Part shown: in pieces, positions 16,635 through 25,270 of the stretch | Layout: each line of letters opens with the position of its first letter | Numbering within the stretch: position 1 is the stretch's first letter | Program-made: the position numbers and the translations under genes | NCBI GenBank assembly: GCA_050116155.1 | Contig: JASFPE010000003.1 | Location: 1-35,723 of the forward strand | DNA from: Desulfobacterales bacterium | GTDB taxonomy: Bacteria > Desulfobacterota > Desulfobacteria > Desulfobacterales > JAHEIW01 | Reading direction: 5' to 3' | Length of the DNA: 35,723 nt | Notes under the pieces: generated by a model | Told to the model about the DNA's origin: nothing | What the model saw: the letters and a program-made list of their open reading frames with translations, nothing else | The model's database searches: none

Positions 16635-18683
16635 ATGGCCAAGGTAATCTTTCAACCTTCCGGTCGAAGAGGAGAGGTGCCGAAAGAAATCAGCGTTATC
16701 GAGGCCTCACGCCTATTGGGTGCAGACATCGAAGCGTTGTGCGGGGAAAAGAAAGTCTGTGGCAAGTGCAAGGTCCGGATCGAAGAGGGGTTTTTCGAAA
16801 AATACGGTATCGACTCCAAGCTATCGCATGTTAGTCCCTGGCAGGATGAGGAGGAAAAGTTCATCCATGCTGAAGAAAGATCGACGGGATACCGGCTGGG
16901 ATGCGTTGCCAAAATCCTCGGAGATCTCCTGGTCTTCGTGCCGGAAGAATCTCGGGCCGGCAAACAGGTGGTCAGCAAGGCCGCGCGCGATATACACATT
17001 GATCACGATCCGGCGGTCAAATTGTACTACGTCGAAGTCGAAAAGCCGTCATTTGAGGAACCCACCGGGGATTTTGAACGGATCTGTGCTGAACTGGAAA
17101 AGCAATATGACCTCAAAGATCTCAGCGTAGATATACAGACACTGCGGCAGCTGCCAGGGGCCTTGCGTAAAGGGGATTGGAAGGTCACGGTTAGCATATG
17201 GATGGATAAAGAAATCATTCGCGTTCGGCCGGGGAATATTGAAGCCAATTATGGTATGGCCATAGATGTTGGAACCACAACGGTGGCCGCTTATTTTTGC
17301 AACCTCTCCACCATGGAAGTCATCGACACGGTCTCCATGATGAACCCCCAGTGCAAATATGGCGAAGATGTCATGAGTCGCATCACCTATCACATGATGA
17401 ACGAGGGCGGCCTTGAAAAGATGAGCAATGACATCATCGAAGCCCTCAACACCCTGATCGACCAGGCGATTGCCGCCACCTACCCACCCAAGAAAAAGGT
17501 CAAAAAGAAAAAGGGTGAAGAAGGCCCCGATGAATGGATCGAAGTGCCGGAGGAGGGCAAGACCTATCTTCGTCTCGAAAAGGAAGATATCGAAGATATT
17601 ACGATTGGCTGCAACACCGCCATGCATCATATTTTACTTCAGCTCGACCCGGAACATGTGGGCCTGGCCCCATTTCCGCCGGTAATCCACCACAGCCTGG
17701 ATATCAAAGCCCGTGATTTGAGGATCCATATCAACCCTTCATCGAATGTGTTTGTGTTGCCGAACGAGGCCGGTTTTGTGGGAGCGGACAATGTCGGTGT
17801 CTTGATTGCCGAGGAACCTTACAACAAAGATGACATCCAGCTGATTATCGATATCGGAACCAATGGCGAGCTGGTTCTGGGTAACAAGGATAAGCTGATC
17901 TCATCGTCCTGTGCCACCGGTCCGGCATTGGAGGGTGCCCAACTGGCCTTCGGGATGCGGGCTGCCCCCGGGGCAATGGAGCGTATCAAGATCGATCCCG
18001 AAACCCATGAGGTGGATTACAAAGTTATCGGCAGAGATGCATGGCGCAAATATTCCGAGCCCAAGGATATGAAAGCCAAAGGAATCTGCGGATCCGGAAT
18101 TCTGGATTTGCTGGCCGAGCTTTACAAGGCCGGCATCGTCACCAAAAGTGGCGCCTTCAACAAAAAGGATCCGAAGTCCGACCGCTTCCGTAAAAACCCG
18201 GATACCGGCCAGTATGAATTTGTGCTGGCCTGGGCCGAAGAGACCAGTATCGATAAAGATATAGTGGTCACCCAGAAGGATGTGCGGCAGATCCAACTTG
18301 CCAAGGGAGCGCTTTATGCCGGCTGTAAACTGATGGTGCAACGCATGGGTGTTGAGAAATTGGACAAAGTCAAAATTGCCGGAGCTTTTGGAACCCACGT
18401 CGACCGCGAAAAGGCCCTGATCATGGGGTTGTTTCCGGATTGTGAGGTCGAAAAAATCGTTTCGGTCGGCAATGCCGCCGGAGATGGCTGCCGGGCGGCT
18501 CTTTTGAATCGCGAAAAACGCGTGGAGGCCAACTGGGTATCCCGTAATGTAGAATATATTGAACTAACTGTTGAGCCGAATTTTCAGCAGGAGTTTATGG
18601 GAGCCATGCAGTTGCCGCATATGACCGATACCTTTCCCCATCTGGAAGGACTCGTACCGGAAGAAATCTTAAATCAGAAATAA
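16635..18683 (+). CDS. ATP-dependent reductive activator of corrinoid proteins (RACo/AcsV-like, ASKHA domain); start may be 16617
   Basis: N-terminal [2Fe-2S] CGEKKVCGKC...RLGC; IDVGTTT, YGEDVMSRI, GFVGAD, DIGTNGE, ATGPALEG, GICGSG, IAGAFG, GNAAG. Confidence 0.92.
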   Translation: MAKVIFQPSGRRGEVPKEISVIEASRLLGADIEALCGEKKVCGKCKVRIEEGFFEKYGIDSKLSHVSPWQDEEEKFIHAEERSTGYRLGCVAKILGDLLVFVPEESRAGKQVVSKAARDIHIDHDPAVKLYYVEVEKPSFEEPTGDFERICAELEKQYDLKDLSVDIQTLRQLPGALRKGDWKVTVSIWMDKEIIRVRPGNIEANYGMAIDVGTTTVAAYFCNLSTMEVIDTVSMMNPQCKYGEDVMSRITYHMMNEGGLEKMSNDIIEALNTLIDQAIAATYPPKKKVKKKKGEEGPDEWIEVPEEGKTYLRLEKEDIEDITIGCNTAMHHILLQLDPEHVGLAPFPPVIHHSLDIKARDLRIHINPSSNVFVLPNEAGFVGADNVGVLIAEEPYNKDDIQLIIDIGTNGELVLGNKDKLISSSCATGPALEGAQLAFGMRAAPGAMERIKIDPETHEVDYKVIGRDAWRKYSEPKDMKAKGICGSGILDLLAELYKAGIVTKSGAFNKKDPKSDRFRKNPDTGQYEFVLAWAEETSIDKDIVVTQKDVRQIQLAKGALYAGCKLMVQRMGVEKLDKVKIAGAFGTHVDREKALIMGLFPDCEVEKIVSVGNAAGDGCRAALLNREKRVEANWVSRNVEYIELTVEPNFQQEFMGAMQLPHMTDTFPHLEGLVPEEILNQK

Positions 18684-18684
18684 A

Positions 18685-18811
18685 CGTGGTTCGGGTTGCG
18701 TGTTGCGCGTTGCGTGGTGCGGGTTACGCGTTACTTGTTGCGAGGTACGGGTTGCGGCTCATAGCGGTAGATTTTTTTGCCGTAAACGCGCACCGCGTAA
18801 CACGTAACACG
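18685..18811. repeat. Palindromic 7-bp-period element (CGNGTTG-like, ~10 units left, ~4 right) between convergent genes
   Basis: cgtggtt-cgggttg-cgtgttg-cgcgttg-cgtggtg-cgggtta... and cgtaaac-gcgcacc-gcgtaac-acgtaac-acg. Confidence 0.75.
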
Positions 18812-18818
18812 AGTATTT

Positions 18819-19382
18819 TTAGTATTCGATGCCCTTCCTGGCTCTGGCGCCCTGATAGTAGGGATGCTTGACCTGCACAAATTCTGTCACATAGTCAGCC
18901 TGATCCATAATTATGTCGGGCGCATTGATGCCGGTCATCACCAGCTCGACACTGTGTTTGCATTTTTCGATGAGCTCGAGAAGCTGTTCTCTTTTTAAAA
19001 CATCGAAAATGATGGTATCCAATATTTCGTCACATATGAGCAGGTGAGTTCCTCTTTCAACGGCCTCAAATGCAAAACTTAATCCTTTGGCCGCATGTTC
19101 GTAATGTGCCGGCTTTGGGCCACTGGTCATTATAAACGGATGTTTGCCAGGGCACCAATACTGGATGTTAGGGATCTTCTTAAAGATGGCCACTTCCGCC
19201 GAAGTTCCGGATTTCATGAATTGAACAATATCCACCTGAAGGCCATCGCCTGCTGCTCTCATCGCCAGTCCTATTGCCCGCGTGGTTTTACCGACACCCT
19301 GTCCATAATAGATGTGAATGAAACCAAGGCCTTTTTCCTTAATGTATCCGGTACGTTTCTGTGGATAAAATATGGTTTCCAC
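18819..19382 (-). CDS. cobO: Cob(I)alamin adenosyltransferase (CobO/BtuR family)
   Basis: GFIHIYYGQGVGKTTRAIG, VQFMK, LICDEI, ELVMTG, ADYVTE, KHPY..G..ARKGIEY; likely GTG start at 19382 after a purine-rich stretch (start uncertain). Confidence 0.88.
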   Translation of the reverse strand: METIFYPQKRTGYIKEKGLGFIHIYYGQGVGKTTRAIGLAMRAAGDGLQVDIVQFMKSGTSAEVAIFKKIPNIQYWCPGKHPFIMTSGPKPAHYEHAAKGLSFAFEAVERGTHLLICDEILDTIIFDVLKREQLLELIEKCKHSVELVMTGINAPDIIMDQADYVTEFVQVKHPYYQGARARKGIEY

Positions 19383-19441
19383 CCCCTTCTCAATTGCCAG
19401 ATGATAAAATATTTCTGTTATAAATGTAGAACCGGTTTTTC

Positions 19442-19614
19442 CGTTGCAGCGATTGGTTGTTTTCAAATCCCGTCGCGGCGGGATTACAACCGCAACGATT
19501 AAAGCACTGACGTGCTTTTGCCTTTTCGGCCTATGGCCGAAAAGGCAAGGCACCCGCTATGCGGGTGGTCGTTGACTCAGCGATCTTTTAAATTAAGATC
19601 ATCTTTGCGTCAAC
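19442..19614. other. Five abutting stem-loops upstream of cobO (candidate structured RNA or mobile-element remnant)
   Basis: Includes perfect 14-bp stem ttgccttttcggcc-tat-ggccgaaaaggcaa and cacccgc-tat-gcgggtg. Confidence 0.55.
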
Positions 19615-19739
19615 TGTTTTTATTTGTGGATTTAGAATTTTGCTGTATATTCGGGTCCTTTCATGATATCGTTAGTATTTATTAAATTTGTAATTCGATC
19701 ACGGCAGGGTATCAAATTTCTATATTTAAGGAATGGATC

Positions 19740-20321
19740 ATGAAACGCTTATGGTATGTTGGTATATGCTTGCTGATTCTGAGTCAGACCGCCATCGCAG
19801 ATGATAATTGTCCCGCCGAAGACTTTTTAAAAGGCAGACTCGAGGCCGTATTTGCGGTTTTACAGAATGAAGAACTCGCGCAACAGGCAAAGAGCGAAGA
19901 GATTGTCGAAATCGTTAGCCCCATGTTTGATTTTGCGCTGATGGCCAAGTTGACTCTGGGGAAAAAATACTGGCCCGGTCTCACCGAAGAAAACAAAGAG
20001 AAATTCACAGACCTTTTTATAAAAAAGCTGAGGGCATCATACCTCAGCAAACTCACGCTTTATTCAGATGAAAAGATCATCTATGAACCCCCGGTCCAGG
20101 ACAAGAATAAAGTCCGCATTTCAACTTATCTGATCTCCAAAGATAAGAAAATTTCCATGTTATACAAATTCTATAATTCAATGAATAGCTGGAAGATTTA
20201 TGATGTAGAGATCCAGGGTGTCAGCATTATTCGAAGTTACCGCTCTCAATTTTACGAGATCTTACAGAATGGAACGATTGATGAACTCTTATTGAAACTC
20301 GAAGAATCGGTAGATAAATAA
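19740..20321 (+). CDS. MlaC/Ttg2D-family lipid-binding periplasmic protein
   Basis: Signal peptide; FDFALMAKLTLGK.YW, WKIYDVEIQGVSIIRSYRSQF. Confidence 0.88.
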   Translation: MKRLWYVGICLLILSQTAIADDNCPAEDFLKGRLEAVFAVLQNEELAQQAKSEEIVEIVSPMFDFALMAKLTLGKKYWPGLTEENKEKFTDLFIKKLRASYLSKLTLYSDEKIIYEPPVQDKNKVRISTYLISKDKKISMLYKFYNSMNSWKIYDVEIQGVSIIRSYRSQFYEILQNGTIDELLLKLEESVDK

Positions 20322-20350
20322 AATTCCCTCCACCGACCCAGACGATCATT

Positions 20351-22873
20351 ATGCCAAAACATCACTTTTTATTAATACGGTTTTACGACAAGGTCGTTCT
20401 TGAGCGGCCAGGACTTGTCATTCTGTGTTTGCTGGTGGTATTTGCTATTCTTGGCTACCAGGCAACGAATTTTAAACTGGATGCATCAGCGGAAACGTTG
20501 CTCATCGAAACCGACCTAGACTTAAAATACGCGCGACTAATAGAAGCCCGCTATGGGGGATATGATTATCTATTGATGACCTATACCCCGAAAGACGATT
20601 TGTTCTCTGATAAGACATTGACGACACTGAGCCGGTTGCGGGAGGAATTAACGCAACTGGAGAGGGTTTCGGAAGTAATTTCAATTTTGGATGCCCCTTT
20701 GCTTGAAAGCCCACCGGTGCCGGTTAAACAACTGGCCACCAATATTCAGACACTCGAATCACCCACAGTCGATCGAAAACTGGCGCGTATAGAGTTTAAA
20801 AACAGTCCTATTTACCAAAACCTGCTGGTTAGCCCGGATCTTAAGACGACGGCCCTCCAAATCAAATTTCGGACCGATGCGGTCTATCAGGATTTATTGG
20901 CCCGTTACAACGATTTGAAAGAAAAACAAGCCACCGAGCCACTTACCGCGGAAGAGAATTCTGAATTTAACAAAACCAATGAAGCATTACAAAAGCACCG
21001 TGACAAGCGCAAAAAGATGCGGCATCAGGATATTGCGGCTATCCGTGGCATTATGCAGAGCTACCGCCCGGATGCCGAACTTTTCCTGGGCGGTATCAGC
21101 ATGATCGCAGACGATCTGATCAGCTTTATTAAAAATGACCTGAAGATATTCGGCCTCGGGGTGTTCTTTCTTCTGATTGTCACCTTGAGCATTATTTTTA
21201 AGAGGAAGCGCTGGGTCTTTTTGCCCCTGTTTTGCTGCATCTTTTCTGCAGTTTCCATGATGGGTCTTCTGGGAATGTTTGGCTGGCAGGTCACGGTGGT
21301 ATCTTCCAACTTCATATCCTTGCAGCTAATCATCACCATGGCCATCGCGATTCATTTGATTGTGCGCTTCAGAGAACTGCTGCACAAGAATCCTGAAGCC
21401 GAGCAGCGCGAGCTTATTCTCGACACGGTTCGTTTGAAAATAACTCCTTGCCTGTTTGCCACTTTGACGACCATAGCCGGCTTCGGCTCGCTGCTGCTTT
21501 GCGACATCTTGCCTGTCCGAACCTTTGGTTGGATGATGAGTGCCGGGATTGTGGTTTCGATGATCGTCACATTTCTGATATTACCTGCCGGTTTGATGCT
21601 GATGAGGAAAGAGGCTCCGCAAGCCAGACGATACACACGCTTCTCATTGACACCGTTGTTAGCCAGATTCACGGAAGCCCACGGCCGCTTCATTCTGGTA
21701 ATAAGCTGCTTTGCGTTTATTATCAGTGCCCTGGGAATATCCAGACTGGCCGTTGAGAACAGCTTCATTGATTATTTTAAAGATACGACGGAGATCTATC
21801 AAGGCATGCGGGTCATTGATCAAAAGTTGGGCGGAACGAGTCCGTTGGATGTCATTGTCGAAATGGATCGGTCCGAAGCATCAGCGCCTGCGGTGGCACC
21901 CGAAGCCGATGTGCAAGCGAACGGTGAATTTGACGAGTTTGACGAATTCGATGAAACCCAAGATGATAAAAAATACTGGTTTACGGCTCAAAGGATGGCA
22001 GGGGTCATGAAAATCCATGATTATCTTGACAGCCTGCCTGAAACCGGGAAAGTCCTGTCTCTGGGAACCATGCTGAAGGTGGCTGAAAAGCTAAACAACG
22101 GGAAACCGTTAGATAATTTTCAACTGGCCTTGCTGTACAATGAATTGCCCGATAAATTTAGAAGCATCGTGTTGAAACCCTATATATCTTTAGAGCATCA
22201 TCAAGCGCGTTTCACCATGCGTGTCAAGGATTCCGAAAAATCATTAAAGCGCGACCTTTTACTGAAAAGGGTTCGACATGATCTGATTCATAAACTGGGA
22301 TTAAAACCGGAGCAAGTCCATCTAACCGGCTTGCTGGTACTGTATAACAATATGCTGCAGAGTCTTTTCAAATCCCAGATTTTAACCCTGGGCGTAGTCG
22401 TCCTGGCGCTGATGGGCATGTTTTTGATTCTCTTTAAATCTATCAAAATAGCGGTGATTGCGATTGTGCCCAATTTACTTGCGATTAGCGTGGTCCTCGG
22501 TGTGATGGGCTGGTTGAATATTCCCCTTGACATGATGACCATCACCATCGCGGCCATCAGCATTGGAATCGCGGTCGACAATACGATTCACTATATCTAT
22601 AGATACAAAAGAGAGTTCAGAGTCGACCTCAATTATATGAAGACGGTTCATCGCTGCCATGGAAGTATCGGCCATGCCCTGTATTATACATCCCTGACGA
22701 TCATCATCGGTTTCTCAATTCTGGTTCTGTCTAATTTTATACCCAGTATCTATTTCGGCCTCCTAACAGGCCTCGCCATGTTCATTGCCTTAACCGGCGC
22801 CCTGACGCTGCTGCCATGCCTGTTAGTTGTTTTTAAACCGTTTGGGCCTGGTGCGGCTGGAAATCGTAATTAG
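20351..22873 (+). CDS. MMPL/RND-family transporter
   Basis: Two repeats of TM1, large periplasmic domain and TM cluster; TTIAGFGSL, IGIAVDNTIH, GFSILVLSNF. Confidence 0.88.
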   Translation: MPKHHFLLIRFYDKVVLERPGLVILCLLVVFAILGYQATNFKLDASAETLLIETDLDLKYARLIEARYGGYDYLLMTYTPKDDLFSDKTLTTLSRLREELTQLERVSEVISILDAPLLESPPVPVKQLATNIQTLESPTVDRKLARIEFKNSPIYQNLLVSPDLKTTALQIKFRTDAVYQDLLARYNDLKEKQATEPLTAEENSEFNKTNEALQKHRDKRKKMRHQDIAAIRGIMQSYRPDAELFLGGISMIADDLISFIKNDLKIFGLGVFFLLIVTLSIIFKRKRWVFLPLFCCIFSAVSMMGLLGMFGWQVTVVSSNFISLQLIITMAIAIHLIVRFRELLHKNPEAEQRELILDTVRLKITPCLFATLTTIAGFGSLLLCDILPVRTFGWMMSAGIVVSMIVTFLILPAGLMLMRKEAPQARRYTRFSLTPLLARFTEAHGRFILVISCFAFIISALGISRLAVENSFIDYFKDTTEIYQGMRVIDQKLGGTSPLDVIVEMDRSEASAPAVAPEADVQANGEFDEFDEFDETQDDKKYWFTAQRMAGVMKIHDYLDSLPETGKVLSLGTMLKVAEKLNNGKPLDNFQLALLYNELPDKFRSIVLKPYISLEHHQARFTMRVKDSEKSLKRDLLLKRVRHDLIHKLGLKPEQVHLTGLLVLYNNMLQSLFKSQILTLGVVVLALMGMFLILFKSIKIAVIAIVPNLLAISVVLGVMGWLNIPLDMMTITIAAISIGIAVDNTIHYIYRYKREFRVDLNYMKTVHRCHGSIGHALYYTSLTIIIGFSILVLSNFIPSIYFGLLTGLAMFIALTGALTLLPCLLVVFKPFGPGAAGNRN

Positions 22874-23044
22874 TTCCTAAAAAGTTGTTTTAATGCATTT
22901 TGTGGCTGGAAAATTATATGGGGATATTTTTGCTATTTTGCAATATTCAATCGGCAATTGCGGCTTGTCCGAGTTAGGTTTTATGCGGAAAAGGCTTTAT
23001 TTCCGAATTAACAATTTCACTTTATTGCATGAAAGGAGGGAGCT

Positions 23045-23830
23045 ATGGGGCAACTGGATGACAAAACCGCCATTATCACAGGGGCCTTCGGAGGAATAGG
23101 ACTTGAAATTGCAAAGCGGTTTCATCGCGAAGGCGCAAAGGTTGTTATTTGTGATCGCAAGGCCGAAAAACTAACCCGGGCATCTGACCAGATATCTGAA
23201 AGCGGCGAGAGAATCCAGGCCGTCGAAGCAGACGTGACCCTGGAAGAGGACATTCAGAAGGTGGTTTCACGGGCCGTAGAATATTTTGGAGGCATCCACA
23301 TATTGGTCAATAATGCCGGTGTGCTTAAATTTGCAAGGTTAGAGGACACTGAATCCACGGCCTGGAGGACACTTATGCGAACCAATGCATTTGCACCCTG
23401 GCGGTTTATGGTTGCGGTGCTTCCCGAACTGCGCAAAGCCGGTGGGGGTTCGATTATTAACATTTCTTCCATAAACGGAATCAAGGCCTTTCCCGGTGCC
23501 GGGCTTTACTGTGCATCCAAGGCCGCCCAGCAAATGTTATCCCAGGTAATGGCCATGGAAGTTGCCGAAGACAACATCCGTGTGAATTCAATCTTGCCGG
23601 GACTGGTGGAAGATACGCAGTTTCTTTATAATGAAATTGGCCAAGAGCATCTGCCGGAATTTTTTAACACATTGCGCCCGCTTCACCCGCTGGGAAGAAA
23701 CACCAAACCTAAAGATATCGCCGATGCGGCTTTGTTTTTGGCCTCAGACCAAAGTGAATTCATCTCCGGGATCTTATTGAATGTCGACGGGGGGCGTCAT
23801 TTGGCCACCAACCGGCCTCCGGCAGCCTAG
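23045..23830 (+). CDS. SDR-family NAD(P)-dependent oxidoreductase
   Basis: TGAFGGIG, NNAG, NISS, YCASK, IRVNSILPG, VDGG; AGGAGG RBS. Confidence 0.92.
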   Translation: MGQLDDKTAIITGAFGGIGLEIAKRFHREGAKVVICDRKAEKLTRASDQISESGERIQAVEADVTLEEDIQKVVSRAVEYFGGIHILVNNAGVLKFARLEDTESTAWRTLMRTNAFAPWRFMVAVLPELRKAGGGSIINISSINGIKAFPGAGLYCASKAAQQMLSQVMAMEVAEDNIRVNSILPGLVEDTQFLYNEIGQEHLPEFFNTLRPLHPLGRNTKPKDIADAALFLASDQSEFISGILLNVDGGRHLATNRPPAA

Positions 23831-23855
23831 TATCCTCTGAAAACAGGAGACAGGT

Positions 23856-24953
23856 ATGAAAATATCTGAAATTCAGACAGACCATTTCCGCGTTCCATTG
23901 ACGACAGTTCTATCGGATTCCACCCACGGAGAAATGTCGCACTTTGAGCTGGTAACGGTGCGGGTGCGATCCGAAACCGGACAAGAAGGCCTTGGCTATA
24001 CCTACACGACCGGTGTAGGCGGTGCAGCGATACATGCGATGATCACAAAAGACTTAACGTCGCTGTTATTGCAGGCAGATGCCCGTGGCATCGAATCTAT
24101 TTGGGATCAAATGTGGTGGAGACTCCATTGGGTTGGCCGTGGCGGGGTGGCAGCTTTTGCCATGGCCGCGGTTGATATTGCGCTTTGGGACCTGAAAGCA
24201 AAGCACACGGGTGAGCCGTTGTGGCGACTGTTAGGTGGCAGCAACAACCGCGTAGAGGCTTATGCCGGGGGTGTAGATCTTCAGCTCAGTTTGGATGAGC
24301 TATGTGAGCAAACCAAGGAATTTATCGAAGGTGGCTTTCAGGCGATTAAGATGAAGGTGGGACGAGAGCGCCTGGTAGAAGATGTCGAGCGGGTTGCTAA
24401 GATTCGCGAGCTGATCGGACCTGATATACCATTGATGGTCGATGCCAACATGATATGGAGCGTGGATCATGCGATTCGAGCCGCAAAGGCTTTGGCTGAT
24501 TATAATATCTTCTGGCTGGAGGAGCCAACGATTCCCGATGACATCCAGGGACATGCCAAGATTGCTCTTGAAGGCGGCATTCCCGTTGCTGCGGGTGAAA
24601 ATTTACACACCATCTATGAGTTTCAGGCGATGATCTCCCGGGGCGGCATATCTTTTCCGGAACCGGATGTTGCCACGGTTGGTGGTGTGACGCCATGGTT
24701 GAAAATTGCCCATCTGGCCAAGGTTCACAATCTGCCGGTGACAACCCACGGCGTGCATGATTTACAGGTTCACCTGCTGGCGGCGGTCTCTAATGCATCC
24801 TATCTTGAGGTTCACGGCTTTGGCCTGGAACGCTTTACCCGATACCCATTTCAATTGGATGATGGAGACGCGATAGCCCCGGACCGACTCGGCCATGGGG
24901 TGGAGCTGGAATGGGATGCTCTGGAATCTTGCCGCCAAAAGCATCAATTGTGA
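23856..24953 (+). CDS. Mandelate racemase/muconate lactonizing enzyme family protein (acid-sugar dehydratase-like)
   Basis: AVDIALWDLKAK, KMK, MVDAN, WLEEP, AGEN, PD...GG, terminal TH motif. Confidence 0.9.
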   Translation: MKISEIQTDHFRVPLTTVLSDSTHGEMSHFELVTVRVRSETGQEGLGYTYTTGVGGAAIHAMITKDLTSLLLQADARGIESIWDQMWWRLHWVGRGGVAAFAMAAVDIALWDLKAKHTGEPLWRLLGGSNNRVEAYAGGVDLQLSLDELCEQTKEFIEGGFQAIKMKVGRERLVEDVERVAKIRELIGPDIPLMVDANMIWSVDHAIRAAKALADYNIFWLEEPTIPDDIQGHAKIALEGGIPVAAGENLHTIYEFQAMISRGGISFPEPDVATVGGVTPWLKIAHLAKVHNLPVTTHGVHDLQVHLLAAVSNASYLEVHGFGLERFTRYPFQLDDGDAIAPDRLGHGVELEWDALESCRQKHQL

Positions 24954-24991
24954 CCGTTGATGTTTTTTCGCTAAACTGCGAAAATGATTTA

Positions 24992-25246
24992 ATTCACCGC
25001 AGAGACGCAGAGATCGCAGAGAGAAATATCATTTAGTTTTTCGTTGAGAGGACGAAAAACTAAAAACCTCAGTCCCGAAAACAAGGATTTACCACCTCGT
25101 ACAATTATGTTAAACACTTTGGCCCATAACTCCATGAACAGACATCTTAATTTGTGATTTGCTGCCATTGGCAGATTGTTTGGTCTGATTTCCCCTCTCA
25201 GGAAATCAGGCCAAGAAAAAATTATCTCTGCGTCTCTGCGGTGAAT
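24992..25246. mobile_element. MITE-like element with perfect 23-bp terminal inverted repeats (255 bp)
   Basis: attcaccgcagagacgcagagat ... atctctgcgtctctgcggtgaat; internal hairpins; related copy at 27379. Confidence 0.65.
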
Positions 25247-25270
25247 AATCAAACTTGATCAGGATAAATT

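Noticed and set aside
6100-17630. Long antisense ORFs (e.g. 6100-6807, 12891-13454, 16008-16655, 17049-17630)
   Set aside because: Shadow ORFs lying opposite well-supported genes, with no recognisable domains.
18686-18871. Small ORFs over repeat elements (also 14507-14773 and 24989-25252)
   Set aside because: They are translations of low-complexity palindromic repeats with no protein motifs.
19383-19553. N-terminal extension of the CobO ORF as given in the track
   Set aside because: It runs through the hairpin array and has no family similarity; a later start is more plausible.
19596-19640. c-di-GMP-I riboswitch suggested by GACGCAAAG on the minus strand
   Set aside because: The upstream GGCAAA / GNRA-receptor stem is missing.
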